Source: an uncultured bacterium
Lineage (GTDB): Bacteria; B130-G9
Direction of reading: 5' to 3'
NCBI GenBank assembly: GCA_965372715.1
Contig: CBDVDH010000016.1
Location: forward strand, 1,744 to 65,743
DNA length: 64,000 nt
The translations under genes were made by a program, and so were the position numbers. Of this stretch, positions 1 to 10,105 are shown in pieces (the first letter of the stretch is position 1; the number at the start of each line of letters is the position of its first letter). Below the pieces are notes generated by a model. The model made no database searches. It was not told the DNA's origin and worked only from the letters and a program-made list of their open reading frames with translations.

Positions 1-603
1 GATCCTTTTTTCACAACGAAGGACGCTAAACGAGGCACAGGTCTTGGGCTCTCAGTCGCTCGCCGGATTATCGAGAAGCATAATGGCGGCATTGAGGTCC
101 GATCTGAGCCGAACGAGGGTGCCAGCTTCTTTCTATATGTCCCATCGTCGCACGAGCCGGAGACGGTCGAGACGGACGACGATGACCTCGAGACGCTTTG
201 CGGGACAGAGCATATCCTCGTCGTTGAGGACAGGGATCAGGTTCGGGAGTCAGTTTCACAGATGCTGAGACTTTGGGGATACACGGTTACAAACGCGCCT
301 GATGGCCCTTCGGCGATCGAGGTTTACCAGCAACATAATAGCGAAATAGACGCGGTATTCATGGACCTTCAGATGCCCGGGATGGACGGGATTGAGACCC
401 ACGAGAAGCTCAAAGAGATCAACGATTCTGTTCTGGTGGTGCTCACCTCAGGCTACGGACATGAGAAACTCGTGGCCAAGGCGTCGAGGCAGGGCGTCGC
501 AGGGTTCATCAAGAAGCCCTACAAGATAGAACAGTTCCTGTTGCTACTGAGGGAGCTATTAGACAAAGGAAGACCACCGGCCGCCACGCCTCGGAGCTCG
601 TGA
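1..603 (+). CDS. Hybrid sensor histidine kinase/response regulator, 5'-truncated by the window edge (HATPase_c end plus receiver domain)
   Basis: Frame 1 is open from base 1: [40 protein letters not shown] (F and G2 boxes), then HILVVED...[12 protein letters not shown]...GFIKKPY (receiver). In frame with the ORF-track ORF 262..603. Confidence 0.9.
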   Translation, partial: DPFFTTKDAKRGTGLGLSVARRIIEKHNGGIEVRSEPNEGASFFLYVPSSHEPETVETDDDDLETLCGTEHILVVEDRDQVRESVSQMLRLWGYTVTNAPDGPSAIEVYQQHNSEIDAVFMDLQMPGMDGIETHEKLKEINDSVLVVLTSGYGHEKLVAKASRQGVAGFIKKPYKIEQFLLLLRELLDKGRPPAATPRSS

Positions 604-649
604 CAAGCGACCGAGCTTCCTCATTGGGAAGAGTGTTTTTCTTGGCTCG

Positions 650-2068
650 TTACCTGCGCAAGTTGCCGCGGGCGAGGGAGATAAATACGCCTGCTGCGCA
701 GAGGGACGCGAAGATGGCGAAGGCGGTTCGCGTGGCGATGAGGAAGCTTGCGTAGTGCTCCGGAGACAACTGGACTTTCCCGGTGTGAATTGAGAGCAGG
801 AGCATGACGATACCCATCGAAAGGTTCATTCCGATGATGATCATCGTGCTGTGCGTGGCTGAGGCGATGCTGTATGAGCGTTTGCTGACGGAGCCCATGA
901 TGGCGTTCGTGTTGGGGGACGCAAAGAGCGCGAGGCCGAAACCGAGCAGGGCGAGGCTGCAGATGACGTATCCAAGCGATGTGGCGCCATCGAGGAAGGC
1001 CAGCAGGAGAAGCGCCAGGGCGGCGGCGGCCATTCCGGCCGAGGCAATGAACCGGGGTTGCGTCTTCTTGTCGGAGAGTCTTCCTGCGAGCGGCGAAATA
1101 GCGGCCTGGACGGCCGGTTGTGCGAGCAAGACAAGACCCGCCCAAAGAGGACTCAGCCCCTTTATTTCCTGAAGATAGAAGCTCAGAAGAAAGCCCTTGG
1201 CGGCAATGGAGCAATACACTATGAGAGCTGAGACGGCTGAAAGGGCAAACACCCTGTTGGCGCTGAAGAGACGAACGTCCAGAATCGGATTCTTGCTCTT
1301 CGATTGAAACCAGACAAATACCGCCATGCCCAAGACGCCGGCCGCGAGATACCATGTCCCCTTGCTGTCGGCGAGGTTCAAGATGCCGTATATGATTGCG
1401 AAGACCGAGACGCTACAGATGACGGCGCCCGCCACGTCGAACTTCTCGCCCCTAGCTCCTGCCCATTCGCCTTTTAGTCTCCACGTTAAAAGCGCGACGA
1501 TGACAAGTCCGAGTGCCATGTTGACGAGAAAGATGCTCCGCCAGCCGAACTGCTGGGTCATAAATCCGCCCAAGGACGGACCGGTGGAGACTCCCAGATA
1601 GACAAAAGCGACCCTTATGCCCAGCGCTCTACCGCGGTCCCCGGAAGGGAACACTGAGATCAGGATTGCGACGGCCGTGCCAAACACCATCGAAGAGCCG
1701 AATCCCTGCAAGCATCTGGCAGCTATGAGCATGCGGGTCGAGGAGGAGATGGCGCAGAGGAGTGATGCGGCGGTGTAGATCGAGATGCCGATTCTCATCA
1801 CTTTCTTCCTGCCATACATGTCGGCGATCCTACCGAAAGGCAGAAGGAACACCGCGGCGGTGAGGAGATACGCGGTTCTTATCCAGCCCAGAAGAATCGT
1901 GTCGCTCTGAAACTCACGCCCAATTGTCGGCAGCGATATGTTGACTGACGAGCTGACAAACGGGATAAGGAACCCGGAGATGACCGCTATAAGAAGCGCC
2001 GCTGTTTGAACTGATCTGTCGCTCGCCTCTTGCGAAGCCGTCGATTCCTGAATCTGAGCGGCCCTCAT
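650..2068 (-). CDS. MFS transporter, DHA2 (EmrB/QacA-like) family
   Basis: About 14 hydrophobic segments; motif A-like GRIADMYGRKK; motif C-like GPSLGGFMTQQFGWRSIF. Confidence 0.9.
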   Translation of the reverse strand: MRAAQIQESTASQEASDRSVQTAALLIAVISGFLIPFVSSSVNISLPTIGREFQSDTILLGWIRTAYLLTAAVFLLPFGRIADMYGRKKVMRIGISIYTAASLLCAISSSTRMLIAARCLQGFGSSMVFGTAVAILISVFPSGDRGRALGIRVAFVYLGVSTGPSLGGFMTQQFGWRSIFLVNMALGLVIVALLTWRLKGEWAGARGEKFDVAGAVICSVSVFAIIYGILNLADSKGTWYLAAGVLGMAVFVWFQSKSKNPILDVRLFSANRVFALSAVSALIVYCSIAAKGFLLSFYLQEIKGLSPLWAGLVLLAQPAVQAAISPLAGRLSDKKTQPRFIASAGMAAAALALLLLAFLDGATSLGYVICSLALLGFGLALFASPNTNAIMGSVSKRSYSIASATHSTMIIIGMNLSMGIVMLLLSIHTGKVQLSPEHYASFLIATRTAFAIFASLCAAGVFISLARGNLRR

Positions 2069-2162
2069 ACTAGGGTATTGAACAGCTGGCCCGTCGCGTA
2101 GTTACGGGCAATGTTACGTGGTATGAGAATATCGCCCGTGCCACCTTGCGAAAAGGGCATCT

Positions 2163-3536
2163 CTAAGCGCGCAGTCTGCCACGGGCCAACGAGGCAAAGA
2201 TGCCAAGAGTGCAGAGCCCGGCGAAGACAGTGAATGACACTCTGAGGACGGTCAGGAATTGACCCTGGTTCTCGGCTATCAGCTCGGCTTCCCCGACGTA
2301 AACTCCGATCAAGAGCATCACGATGCCCATGCTGAGCGTCATCCCAACGAGGCGGAACGTGCTGACTGTCGCGGAGGCGAAACCATAGAGCTTTCTATCG
2401 ACAGAGCTCATCACTGCGTTCGTGTTTGGGGATGAAAAAAGTGCGAACCCGATCCCGAGAAGGACTAGGACCGCGCGAATGTAAAAGAGCGAGGTTACAT
2501 CATCCAAGAATGCCAAGAGGATAAGCCCGATAGCGGTCAGGAACATGCCGACCGAGGCGACTATTCGCGGCTCAACTCTATCGGAAAGCCTTCCCGCAAA
2601 GGGCGAAATGAGCGCCTGAGTTATGGGCTGCCACAACATGACGAGGCCGGCGTCCTGCGGGCTAAGGCCTTTGATCACCTGCAAGTAAAGGCTGAGCAGA
2701 AACACCGTCGCGGCCGTCGCGCTGTAGTTGATGAGCGCAGCGACGTTGGACAGGGCGAAGACCCGGTTTCCAGCGAAGAGCCTAACATTGAGGACGGGAC
2801 TTTCCTGCCTCATTTCGAAGGCGATAAACGCTATCAGCCCGACCACCCCAGCTCCGAAGAGCCATGGGCCGAGCGCCTCGGACAGGTGCGAGAAACCGTA
2901 TATGGTCGCGACGAGGACCAGGCTATAAATTATTGAGCCCGTAAGGTCGAACCTCTCTCCTTCCGCGCCGGCCCACTCGCCTTTCAGCCTTGCGTATATG
3001 ACAACAATGACCAAGGCGCCGAGCGCGACACTAACGGCGAAGATGCTCCGCCAGCCCAACTGTTGCGTCATTAGCCCGCCGATGGACGGGCCGGCCGAAA
3101 GACCCAGATAAACCGATGCGATAGTTATCCCCAGTGCCTTGCCTCGTTCGTTGTCTGGGAAGACCGAGACCAGAATGGCGAGAGACGGCGCAAAGAACAT
3201 CGCGGCGCCGATGCCTTGCAGGCAGCGAGACGCTGTCAGGAACGAGGCGGAGCGGGCGATGATGCAGAGGAATGAGGCGATTACGTAGATGAACATGCCG
3301 CATTTGAGAAGTCGCTTTCGACCGTAGATGTCGGAGAAACGACCGAAGGGCACGAGGAACATTGCCGAGGCGAGAAGGTATGAAGTCGTGATCCACCCCA
3401 GCATCAGAGCGTTGCACCCAAACTCCTCGCCAATAGTTGGCAGCGCTACGTTGACGGCCGAGCTCACGAACGGGATCAAGAACGAGGATATGATCGCGAT
3501 CAGAAGCGCGGCTCTTCCGGTCGGTTTGTCGGTCAT
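2163..3536 (-). CDS. MFS transporter, DHA2 family; tandem paralogue of 650..2068
   Basis: GRFSDIYGRKR and GPSIGGLMTQQLGWRSIF motifs; colinear similarity with the neighbour throughout. Confidence 0.9.
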   Translation of the reverse strand: MTDKPTGRAALLIAIISSFLIPFVSSAVNVALPTIGEEFGCNALMLGWITTSYLLASAMFLVPFGRFSDIYGRKRLLKCGMFIYVIASFLCIIARSASFLTASRCLQGIGAAMFFAPSLAILVSVFPDNERGKALGITIASVYLGLSAGPSIGGLMTQQLGWRSIFAVSVALGALVIVVIYARLKGEWAGAEGERFDLTGSIIYSLVLVATIYGFSHLSEALGPWLFGAGVVGLIAFIAFEMRQESPVLNVRLFAGNRVFALSNVAALINYSATAATVFLLSLYLQVIKGLSPQDAGLVMLWQPITQALISPFAGRLSDRVEPRIVASVGMFLTAIGLILLAFLDDVTSLFYIRAVLVLLGIGFALFSSPNTNAVMSSVDRKLYGFASATVSTFRLVGMTLSMGIVMLLIGVYVGEAELIAENQGQFLTVLRVSFTVFAGLCTLGIFASLARGRLRA

Positions 3537-3590
3537 CTACTCGACATTGTGTTCTGATGCGTGAATCGGAACGGTCAACAGAATATATAA

Positions 3591-3616
3591 GGGCAGGCGC
3601 GGGGGCCTGCCCCTAC
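3591..3616 (-). repeat. GTAG-type REP-like palindrome
   Basis: Minus strand reads GTAGGGGCAGGCCCCCGCGCCTGCCC: a GTAG foot followed by a GGGCAGGC/GCCTGCCC stem, in an intergenic position. Confidence 0.65.
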
Positions 3617-3735
3617 GTGTTTTTTTCACCGCTCAGCAAAGGCTACTGCCGAACGGGTAGCCTGGTCGGGCGGATGGGCTTTGGCCCTTTCTCGCTCTGA
3701 CCTTTTGGCCTGTATCCCCCCCTCGGGGAAAGCAA

Positions 3736-5160
3736 TTACTTGCCGCCCTCGGCGATCCTGAAGCCGCGAAAATAGAATGGCCTCTTCTCGGTGCAGCTGT
3801 GGTGCGGTTCGAGCGAGAAGCTTGCTGGATTGAAATCGCCAGGATTGGGCACATTCGCGATCCGTGTATCGTCGATATAGGCCTTTATCGACCGTGGGCT
3901 GACCATGAGCCTCAAGCGATGGACCCCCTTGGCCTGAAAGGACTTCATATCTTTGCGACCGAGGCTCTTGCCTCTTAGTTGGAAGCTTGCCCCGTAGTTG
4001 TAGTAATAAAGATGTGCTAGCGAACGGTTATCAATGTCGAAAAGCCGTAGAGTCAAATAAGGCCAGTTACGAGCGTCATTCGGCTTGTATATCTCGAGCT
4101 CCATCGTGTATTTCTCTGGGAACTTGATCTTGCCGCTCTTCGGTATCAGTTTCCCGTTTGTGGTTGCCATAATCCATTTCTCGCCGCCGATATCAACCAC
4201 CTCGAAATTGCCGCGGTCCAGCTTGTTGTTGAACGGGAACTCGCCGATCTCGTCCTCGCTCAAGTCGTCGGTCCAAAGCGTCTTCTGGCCGGATACGAAA
4301 TCGCAGTCCATCTTGCTGATCGTCTTACTGGGAGCAGGCGTCGGCTTGGCTGGTTCCTCCTTCTTGGCCGGAGGTTCTTTCGCTGGCTGCGACGCGGGCT
4401 GAGTAGTCGTCTGCGTCTGGGACTCAGATTGCCCGTATTCCTGGGTGTATTTGCCCTTGCCCTTATAGCGATAGTAGCTACTGGGGAGCTTGTTTCCGAT
4501 CTCCTCGACTAAGTTGTTAATGCAGACGCGAATCGCCTTCTCCATAGGACTGTTGGAATAGACGCCAAGACCGCCGCGCAGGACGCCGTCTCTGCCCCAG
4601 CCGCCGCCGTGGCCGCCAACGCCCCAGCTGGTCGATTTGCCCTCGACGTTGCTCGCGAAGATTACACGCCGCTGTCTAATGTCGATGAGCTTCAGGTCGA
4701 GGCCCATGATCGCTTTCTTGAGTTTCAGGTTCGTCCCGCCCCAGAGTTTGTTCTTCCAGCTCGTGCCGCCGAGGCCGATCTTGCCGCCCCTTGCGTCCGG
4801 CTCGAACATCGTAACGGAACCCGTGATAAGCACGTCGGCGCCCTCCATGAGACCGGCCTCGGCGCCCTTGCCCTCCTCGACCGCGCCGCCCTGCGCAAAG
4901 CGGATCTCGTCCATGATCTCGCCCAGGTCCTCGCCGCTTGCGAGCACAATAAACCTGGGGTTGTTGGTCAGGGCCGTCGAAAGCATCTCGCCAAAGCTGC
5001 CTGCCATGCGTGCCGAGCATCTGTTGGCCTTCGTCTTGATCCGGCCAACGCTTATGCGCGCCTTGTTGCCCTGATACGTGAGCTTGTCCTCTATCGTCTC
5101 GGCCAAGATGGTGTTGGCCAAGAGTACCAGAACCGCCAGTACGATAATCACTCTTCTCAT
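3736..5160 (-). CDS. Secreted CsgG/HfaB-domain protein with a Pro-rich linker and a C-terminal beta-sandwich domain
   Basis: Signal peptide; CsgG-like core (FGEMLSTAL...GADVLITGSVTMFE...DLKLIDI); PAKEPPAKKEEPAKPTPAP linker; DFVSGQKTLWTDDL...FRIAEGG domain of the type usually N-terminal to OmpA domains. Confidence 0.7.
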   Translation of the reverse strand: MRRVIIVLAVLVLLANTILAETIEDKLTYQGNKARISVGRIKTKANRCSARMAGSFGEMLSTALTNNPRFIVLASGEDLGEIMDEIRFAQGGAVEEGKGAEAGLMEGADVLITGSVTMFEPDARGGKIGLGGTSWKNKLWGGTNLKLKKAIMGLDLKLIDIRQRRVIFASNVEGKSTSWGVGGHGGGWGRDGVLRGGLGVYSNSPMEKAIRVCINNLVEEIGNKLPSSYYRYKGKGKYTQEYGQSESQTQTTTQPASQPAKEPPAKKEEPAKPTPAPSKTISKMDCDFVSGQKTLWTDDLSEDEIGEFPFNNKLDRGNFEVVDIGGEKWIMATTNGKLIPKSGKIKFPEKYTMELEIYKPNDARNWPYLTLRLFDIDNRSLAHLYYYNYGASFQLRGKSLGRKDMKSFQAKGVHRLRLMVSPRSIKAYIDDTRIANVPNPGDFNPASFSLEPHHSCTEKRPFYFRGFRIAEGGK

Positions 5161-5161
5161 C

Positions 5162-6604
5162 TCAGTTCTCCTTGCTGTTTTCAGATGATTTGATCTTCGC
5201 TATCGCCGCATCACGAGCGGCAGCCGCTTCTTTGACTTGCTCATCGCGGTGATTTGTAATCTCCTTAACCTGGGAGTTGTACTCGGCAACTGGAAGACGG
5301 GGGACAGTCTGTCGCCGAGCCTTAAGCTCCCGCCACCGCTCCTGCCATCGATCATAAGCCTCTTTGCGAGCAAGCGAGAACTGATTATGGGCAGCCATAA
5401 TCTCCTTGCGCCGCGCGGTACTGCTCTCAAAACGCATCTCAATAGCCTTTTGCGTGTCCACCTTGCGCTGTCTAAGAACTTCCTGTCGTTCGCTATCCGC
5501 CTTTGCGACAATAGCTTCGGGTGTCCCTGAAGCCTCGAATATCTTCGTGACCCGCAGCTCCTCTTGTCGGCGCTGCTCCATATATCGCTGCTTGTTTTGC
5601 TCGGCCTTCAATACCCGTTCCTCGTCAAACAGATCATACCCATGACCGAGAGCATCCAGATAGTCCTCGAAAGTCGGCGGCGGATCGAGGTCCTTTTGTG
5701 TTATACCGATGCTCTTCATTGTATAATCGCGACCGTCTAGTAGGGGATTGCGATGAGATTGATCCTTACCAGCACGCCTAACACCGTTCGTAAACCGAGG
5801 CATCCCGGCCTTATACATCAGAGGCACCGTCCCCCAGTTTGAAAGACATCTACGCCTCCAGTCATAATAGTGATGAGCAGGGCGGAGACAACAGGGAAGT
5901 GTCTGTATCGCCAGATATCGGGCATAATCATGTCTGCCACCGAACTGCGCGAAGTGGTGGCGAAACTGATCCCACTGCAACGAGGAATCGCCGCTATCCA
6001 GAGTATCATCATCTCCAAGTCCCCATCCCTTCGCGCCCAGCTGCTTTTCTTTCTGGTCTCTCCAGTCTTGTTGATCGATGTAATAGAAGAAGGCTTGCGG
6101 TTTTTGGGTCTTTGGATCATACGGAGGAGTCGGAGGGTAGCCGCCACTTATCGTCGTTCTGTCCCCAACGGCTGGCCAGCTAAGATAAACTTTGGGATAG
6201 GTCTTTTCCCCCACCTGCTCCTGTTCGGCGCGACTCAAGCACCAGCCGATTACCTCAGCTAGATGCCTCTCCTTACCGGCGATTGGACGGAGCATGGCAA
6301 ATGCGACCGTTTCGGTGCGCTCCGCAGAGTGGATGCTAGGCGGTCGGCTCTTGTTACTATCATCCTGAGTCATATAAGACTTCGGCGGAAAGTAGATGAC
6401 CAGCTTTGGAATAGGATTGCCAACAACCTCCGTCACAAGACCCCAAATCTCCACTTTGAGACCAGTCCGGGGATCAGATGACGATCGAGCGGCCTCCTGC
6501 TTAATGAACCGCACCCAGTCTAATTCCACCCCAATCTGTTCCGCCCAGAGCCTCAGTGCTGGAAGCAAACACAACAAGACCGCCACAATCGCTGATCTAC
6601 GCAT
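5162..6604 (-). CDS. Hypothetical secreted protein with C-terminal coiled coil
   Basis: Start chosen at MRRSAIVAVLLCLLPALRLWA (signal peptide, GGAGGGAG RBS); C-terminal ~140 aa rich in E/K/R/Q heptads; stop lies 1 nt before the next start codon. Confidence 0.7.
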   Translation of the reverse strand: MRRSAIVAVLLCLLPALRLWAEQIGVELDWVRFIKQEAARSSSDPRTGLKVEIWGLVTEVVGNPIPKLVIYFPPKSYMTQDDSNKSRPPSIHSAERTETVAFAMLRPIAGKERHLAEVIGWCLSRAEQEQVGEKTYPKVYLSWPAVGDRTTISGGYPPTPPYDPKTQKPQAFFYYIDQQDWRDQKEKQLGAKGWGLGDDDTLDSGDSSLQWDQFRHHFAQFGGRHDYARYLAIQTLPCCLRPAHHYYDWRRRCLSNWGTVPLMYKAGMPRFTNGVRRAGKDQSHRNPLLDGRDYTMKSIGITQKDLDPPPTFEDYLDALGHGYDLFDEERVLKAEQNKQRYMEQRRQEELRVTKIFEASGTPEAIVAKADSERQEVLRQRKVDTQKAIEMRFESSTARRKEIMAAHNQFSLARKEAYDRWQERWRELKARRQTVPRLPVAEYNSQVKEITNHRDEQVKEAAAARDAAIAKIKSSENSKEN

Positions 6605-6746
6605 CGTTACTCCCTCCGATACAGTGTGTGAGTAAATACCGTCAATCACATCCACAATGAGAATACAAAAGCTTCTGCTTCGAGGCAAATGGGATCTTGC
6701 GGTCGTCGGCATCGCTCAGATTGGCAGGCGACCATAGGAATGGGGC

Positions 6747-6891
6747 TTCACCACAGAGACACAGAGACACAGAGAAGTCAGAGGGCCTAGGTCCGGAAGT
6801 GATCTGCTTTGAAAGGCAGAACACTAGCTGGGCGAGCAAGCGTCCCCATATCTGCCCAGTTTTCTCTGTGTCTCTGTGTCTCTGTGGTGAA
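6747..6891. repeat. Perfect 30-bp inverted repeat pair (REP/MITE-like)
   Basis: TTCACCACAGAGACACAGAGACACAGAGAA (6747-6776) and its exact reverse complement (6862-6891), 85 bp apart; each arm has internal CACAGAGA 8-mer reiterations. Confidence 0.9.
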
Positions 6892-6933
6892 ATACAACGA
6901 AGGTATTACCGGCGGTCGGCAGGCTTGCGCCAC

Positions 6934-7032
6934 TCCGCGTGTCACTATTCTTGTTGAGGCCCAATGCTGGGTCAGGACACGCACGACGAAGTCCCGGTCG
7001 TCCCCATTCAAGGGCCGAATCTCAAGGTCCAC
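6934..7032 (-). pseudogene. 5' stub of a GNAT acetyltransferase
   Basis: GAGGAG RBS then GTG; MDLEIRPLNGDDRDFVVRVLTQHWASTRIVTRG resembles the GNAT N-terminus; similarity is lost about 40 bp before the inverted repeat. Confidence 0.55.
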
Positions 7033-7077
7033 AACTCCTCAACTCCCAATCGCACATTCCTCCAAATGCATTGCCTT

Positions 7078-8184
7078 TTACTGGGGATCCTGCTCTTGCT
7101 TCCCCTGCCTTTGGCTCAAGAGCGCCCGGATGTTGGGCATGGCCTTCTTCGCCGCCTCGACCCCTGCATCAATACATTTCTCTGCATCTTTGAAATCGAG
7201 CATCCACTGTTGGCCGACGTCAGGTGTTATGAGAACGTCCGCAAGTCTCGCCTCGGTGTCCGCCATTCTGTTGCCCATAAGGTTGATAGTTTGGATGATC
7301 AATTCAACCGCGTTCGAAATTTGGACGCCTTGTGTCTTCGCTGTAACATTGACTGCGATGACTACGTCCGCGCCGAGCTTTCTGGCAATAGTGACAGGCA
7401 GCTTGTCAAGGACACCTCCATCCACGAGAAGCTTGCCATTCACCCTCATTGGTACCATGAGGCCGGGAAACGAGCAGCTGGCTCTGACCGCGCGAGCAAC
7501 GTCGCCACGTGCTATCACTATCTCCTCCCCAGCCTCCACATCCGTGCAAATAACGGCAAATGGCGTTTCAAGCTGGGCGAATCGACGGCGTCCGGCGTGC
7601 TTGACGATAAAAGACTCGACCTTGCTTCCATCGATCACACCGTTCTTAGATAGCACATAATCGAAAACGTCTTTTCTTCCACAGGTCACCCCGATCTGCT
7701 GGAGCTTATCTTGCGCAATTCCCGAACAGAACAACGCGCCTATAATAGAGCCGGCCGAACAGCCTACAACTAGGTCAATGGGGATGCGTTCTTGCCTCAG
7801 AACCTTCAGAACACCGATGTGCGCGATGCCTCTCGTGCCCCCACTACCCAGGACCAGCGCCACGCGTGGGCGGCCCAAATCCGCTACCGACATGTTGAGT
7901 CCCTCCTTTTCTGGGATTGCAAGAGATGAAGGTGAAAGAAGTCCTGGCGTCGTCAGAACAAGTTCTGTTCCCCTCCTGGGAACAGAACGCGCAGCCCGAC
8001 CCGTGGCGCACCCCAAGCACAAGGCAAGAAGCAGTGTGACTACCAGAATGGCCGATGTGCTCGTTTGAAGCCAACGTCTCCCGCTTGCATCCGAGGCTCC
8101 GCCCAAGCCTGGTGCTGCTAGTGTGACTTGGCAACCGTCATCACGATCGTAGGCGAGCTTCGTCATTCCGTTCGTCTCTAACAT
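7078..8184 (-). CDS. Patatin-like phospholipase (NTE/RssA-like); start uncertain (alternative 7893)
   Basis: GSGGTRG oxyanion motif, GCSAG nucleophile elbow, DGG motif; upstream LLALCLGC resembles a lipobox. Confidence 0.9.
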   Translation of the reverse strand: MLETNGMTKLAYDRDDGCQVTLAAPGLGGASDASGRRWLQTSTSAILVVTLLLALCLGCATGRAARSVPRRGTELVLTTPGLLSPSSLAIPEKEGLNMSVADLGRPRVALVLGSGGTRGIAHIGVLKVLRQERIPIDLVVGCSAGSIIGALFCSGIAQDKLQQIGVTCGRKDVFDYVLSKNGVIDGSKVESFIVKHAGRRRFAQLETPFAVICTDVEAGEEIVIARGDVARAVRASCSFPGLMVPMRVNGKLLVDGGVLDKLPVTIARKLGADVVIAVNVTAKTQGVQISNAVELIIQTINLMGNRMADTEARLADVLITPDVGQQWMLDFKDAEKCIDAGVEAAKKAMPNIRALLSQRQGKQEQDPQ

Positions 8185-8607
8185 AGAGGGGACTTAACCG
8201 ACTCGGTTGTTGGCACTTGTGGCCTGGCTCCGTCCCTTGCAGCCACGTTCCCACCATAGCTCCTACTCAGGCATCCGCGCCCACAACTGATCTGCACGGC
8301 GCGTAGTCCACAAGAAACTCAGAGCCGATGGCCCAATGCTGGAAAAACGGTAGCCCTCCTCGAATCGACTTGGTCTCAACTACTCATCTCGCACGTCAAT
8401 ATGGCAAACAACAGTGCGTTTGATCAAGTGGAATTCGACAGCGTTTCGCCTGGCCCGTTTGCGACGAGCCTCTTGCGTTCAGACTTTGTCCGAGCCGTTA
8501 ATTGCTGATTGCCTCGCCCGGGGCTCCACGCCAGGCCTAGTGGCAGCTGGACTTATCGACACTATGGAGCGAACGAGAAGACGTCCTCGTTTACGCTGAA
8601 GTCCCAG

Positions 8608-9816
8608 TCAGACTCTATCTAACCTGCTGCTGAGCTTCCCTGACAGAAGCATCGCGCCCTGCGCTTGCGGCTCGAGCCGAGACCTGCGCTTCTTGCGTTT
8701 TTCCGCATACATGAGCTCGTCGGCCCTGCGCAGAAGCTCCTTGATGGAACACCTCGACTTGCAGTCGTAGGCCGCAACACCGACGCTCATCCCAAGCTCG
8801 TAGCGGCGGTCTTCGCGTGCGTTATGAACTTTGAGCGTTTCCGCTATCCGTTCCACCAAAAATGGGACCTCGGGGGAAACGTCAATCGCAAGCACGGTGA
8901 ACTCGTCGCCGCCGAGGCGCGCGATTATGTCCGAGTCACGGAAGGTCTCCCGCAAGACGTCCGCCGCCTCAATGAGCGCCTGGTCCCCGACGTTGTGGCC
9001 GAGGTTGTCGTTTATCCACTTCATATCGTCTAGGTCAATAAAGACAAGCCTAATGCCCTCCTGGGTGCGGTCGGCGACCTTGAGCTGCTGCTCGGCAAGC
9101 GTCAAAAAGCCGCGCCGATTCTTGAGGCCAGTCAGCTGATCGACCAGCGACATCTCCTGCACCTCCTGTAGTGCCAGCTCAAGCCGTTCCTCGGCTCGCT
9201 TGCGTTCGGTAATGTCGTTGCCGATGCAGAGCACCTCCACTAAGTTCCCCCGGTCATCGTAAATGGCCTTGTTGGTCCACAAAATCCATACCCGCGAGCC
9301 ATCCTTGCAGGTGTTCTCGTTCTCGTTGTTGACATATCGCTCCGGGTTCTTGCCCATGTCCTCAATCATTGCTGCGAGATCGCGGCCTGACAAGTCCGTC
9401 TCGGGGACTATCCGGCCGACCACGTTGTGACCGACGAGTTCATCCTCTTCGTATCCGAAGAACTCGAGCCCGAACCTGTTGAAGTAAGTGATAACGCCTG
9501 TGGGGGCCATACGCATGATTATGCTGTTGGCGTTCTCGACCAACTTACAATACCTATCCTCGGATTCATGGAGAGCGGTTTCCGCCTCTTGTCGGCTGTG
9601 GACCATCCTCTCTGCATACGCGCTAAAGCCAACGATCAGACTTACGGCGAGGCAGCGCATCCAAAGCTCATTGATGTTCAAGGGGAAGAGATGGGCGGCA
9701 AGAGGGCCCTCATAGAAAAAGTATGTATCAAGAAGCGATTCAACAACCCAATAAATCGCCGAGAGCCACAGTCCAGTTATTAACATCTGCTTCCCTTGTA
9801 TGCGTTCACTAGCCAC
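8608..9816 (-). CDS. Diguanylate cyclase (2 TM - PAS/PAC - GGDEF)
   Basis: N-terminal TM helices; PAS/PAC; DQLTGLKNRRGF; intact GGDEF preceded by an RxxD I-site (RDSD). Confidence 0.92.
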   Translation of the reverse strand: MASERIQGKQMLITGLWLSAIYWVVESLLDTYFFYEGPLAAHLFPLNINELWMRCLAVSLIVGFSAYAERMVHSRQEAETALHESEDRYCKLVENANSIIMRMAPTGVITYFNRFGLEFFGYEEDELVGHNVVGRIVPETDLSGRDLAAMIEDMGKNPERYVNNENENTCKDGSRVWILWTNKAIYDDRGNLVEVLCIGNDITERKRAEERLELALQEVQEMSLVDQLTGLKNRRGFLTLAEQQLKVADRTQEGIRLVFIDLDDMKWINDNLGHNVGDQALIEAADVLRETFRDSDIIARLGGDEFTVLAIDVSPEVPFLVERIAETLKVHNAREDRRYELGMSVGVAAYDCKSRCSIKELLRRADELMYAEKRKKRRSRLEPQAQGAMLLSGKLSSRLDRV

Positions 9817-10105
9817 ACGGCCCGGCCAATTTGCAGCGCATAGCCTTCAGGTTCAGAACCCTACGGCCGCCGAATGCCCGGCGGATGACGACCCAGCGTA
9901 GATGTCGCCCAGGTGTCCACGACTTGACTTACACGGGCTAGTATCGAAAAAGGGCAGCAATTTGTTTAAGCGGAACTCGGCATTCGAAGCGCCGCTCGTT
10001 TGTGACGCTTAAGCCAGCTGATCTGACTGAACGGAAACCGGACGTATCTGTCGCAATCGACGGGGACGGGCAGTAAGTGGTTCGGGGCCAGCCGGACACG
10101 GAGGG

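Noticed and set aside
9817-10105. c-di-GMP riboswitch or tRNA upstream of the diguanylate cyclase
   Set aside because: No GEMM consensus and no T-loop/cloverleaf on either strand by eye; an Infernal scan would be definitive.
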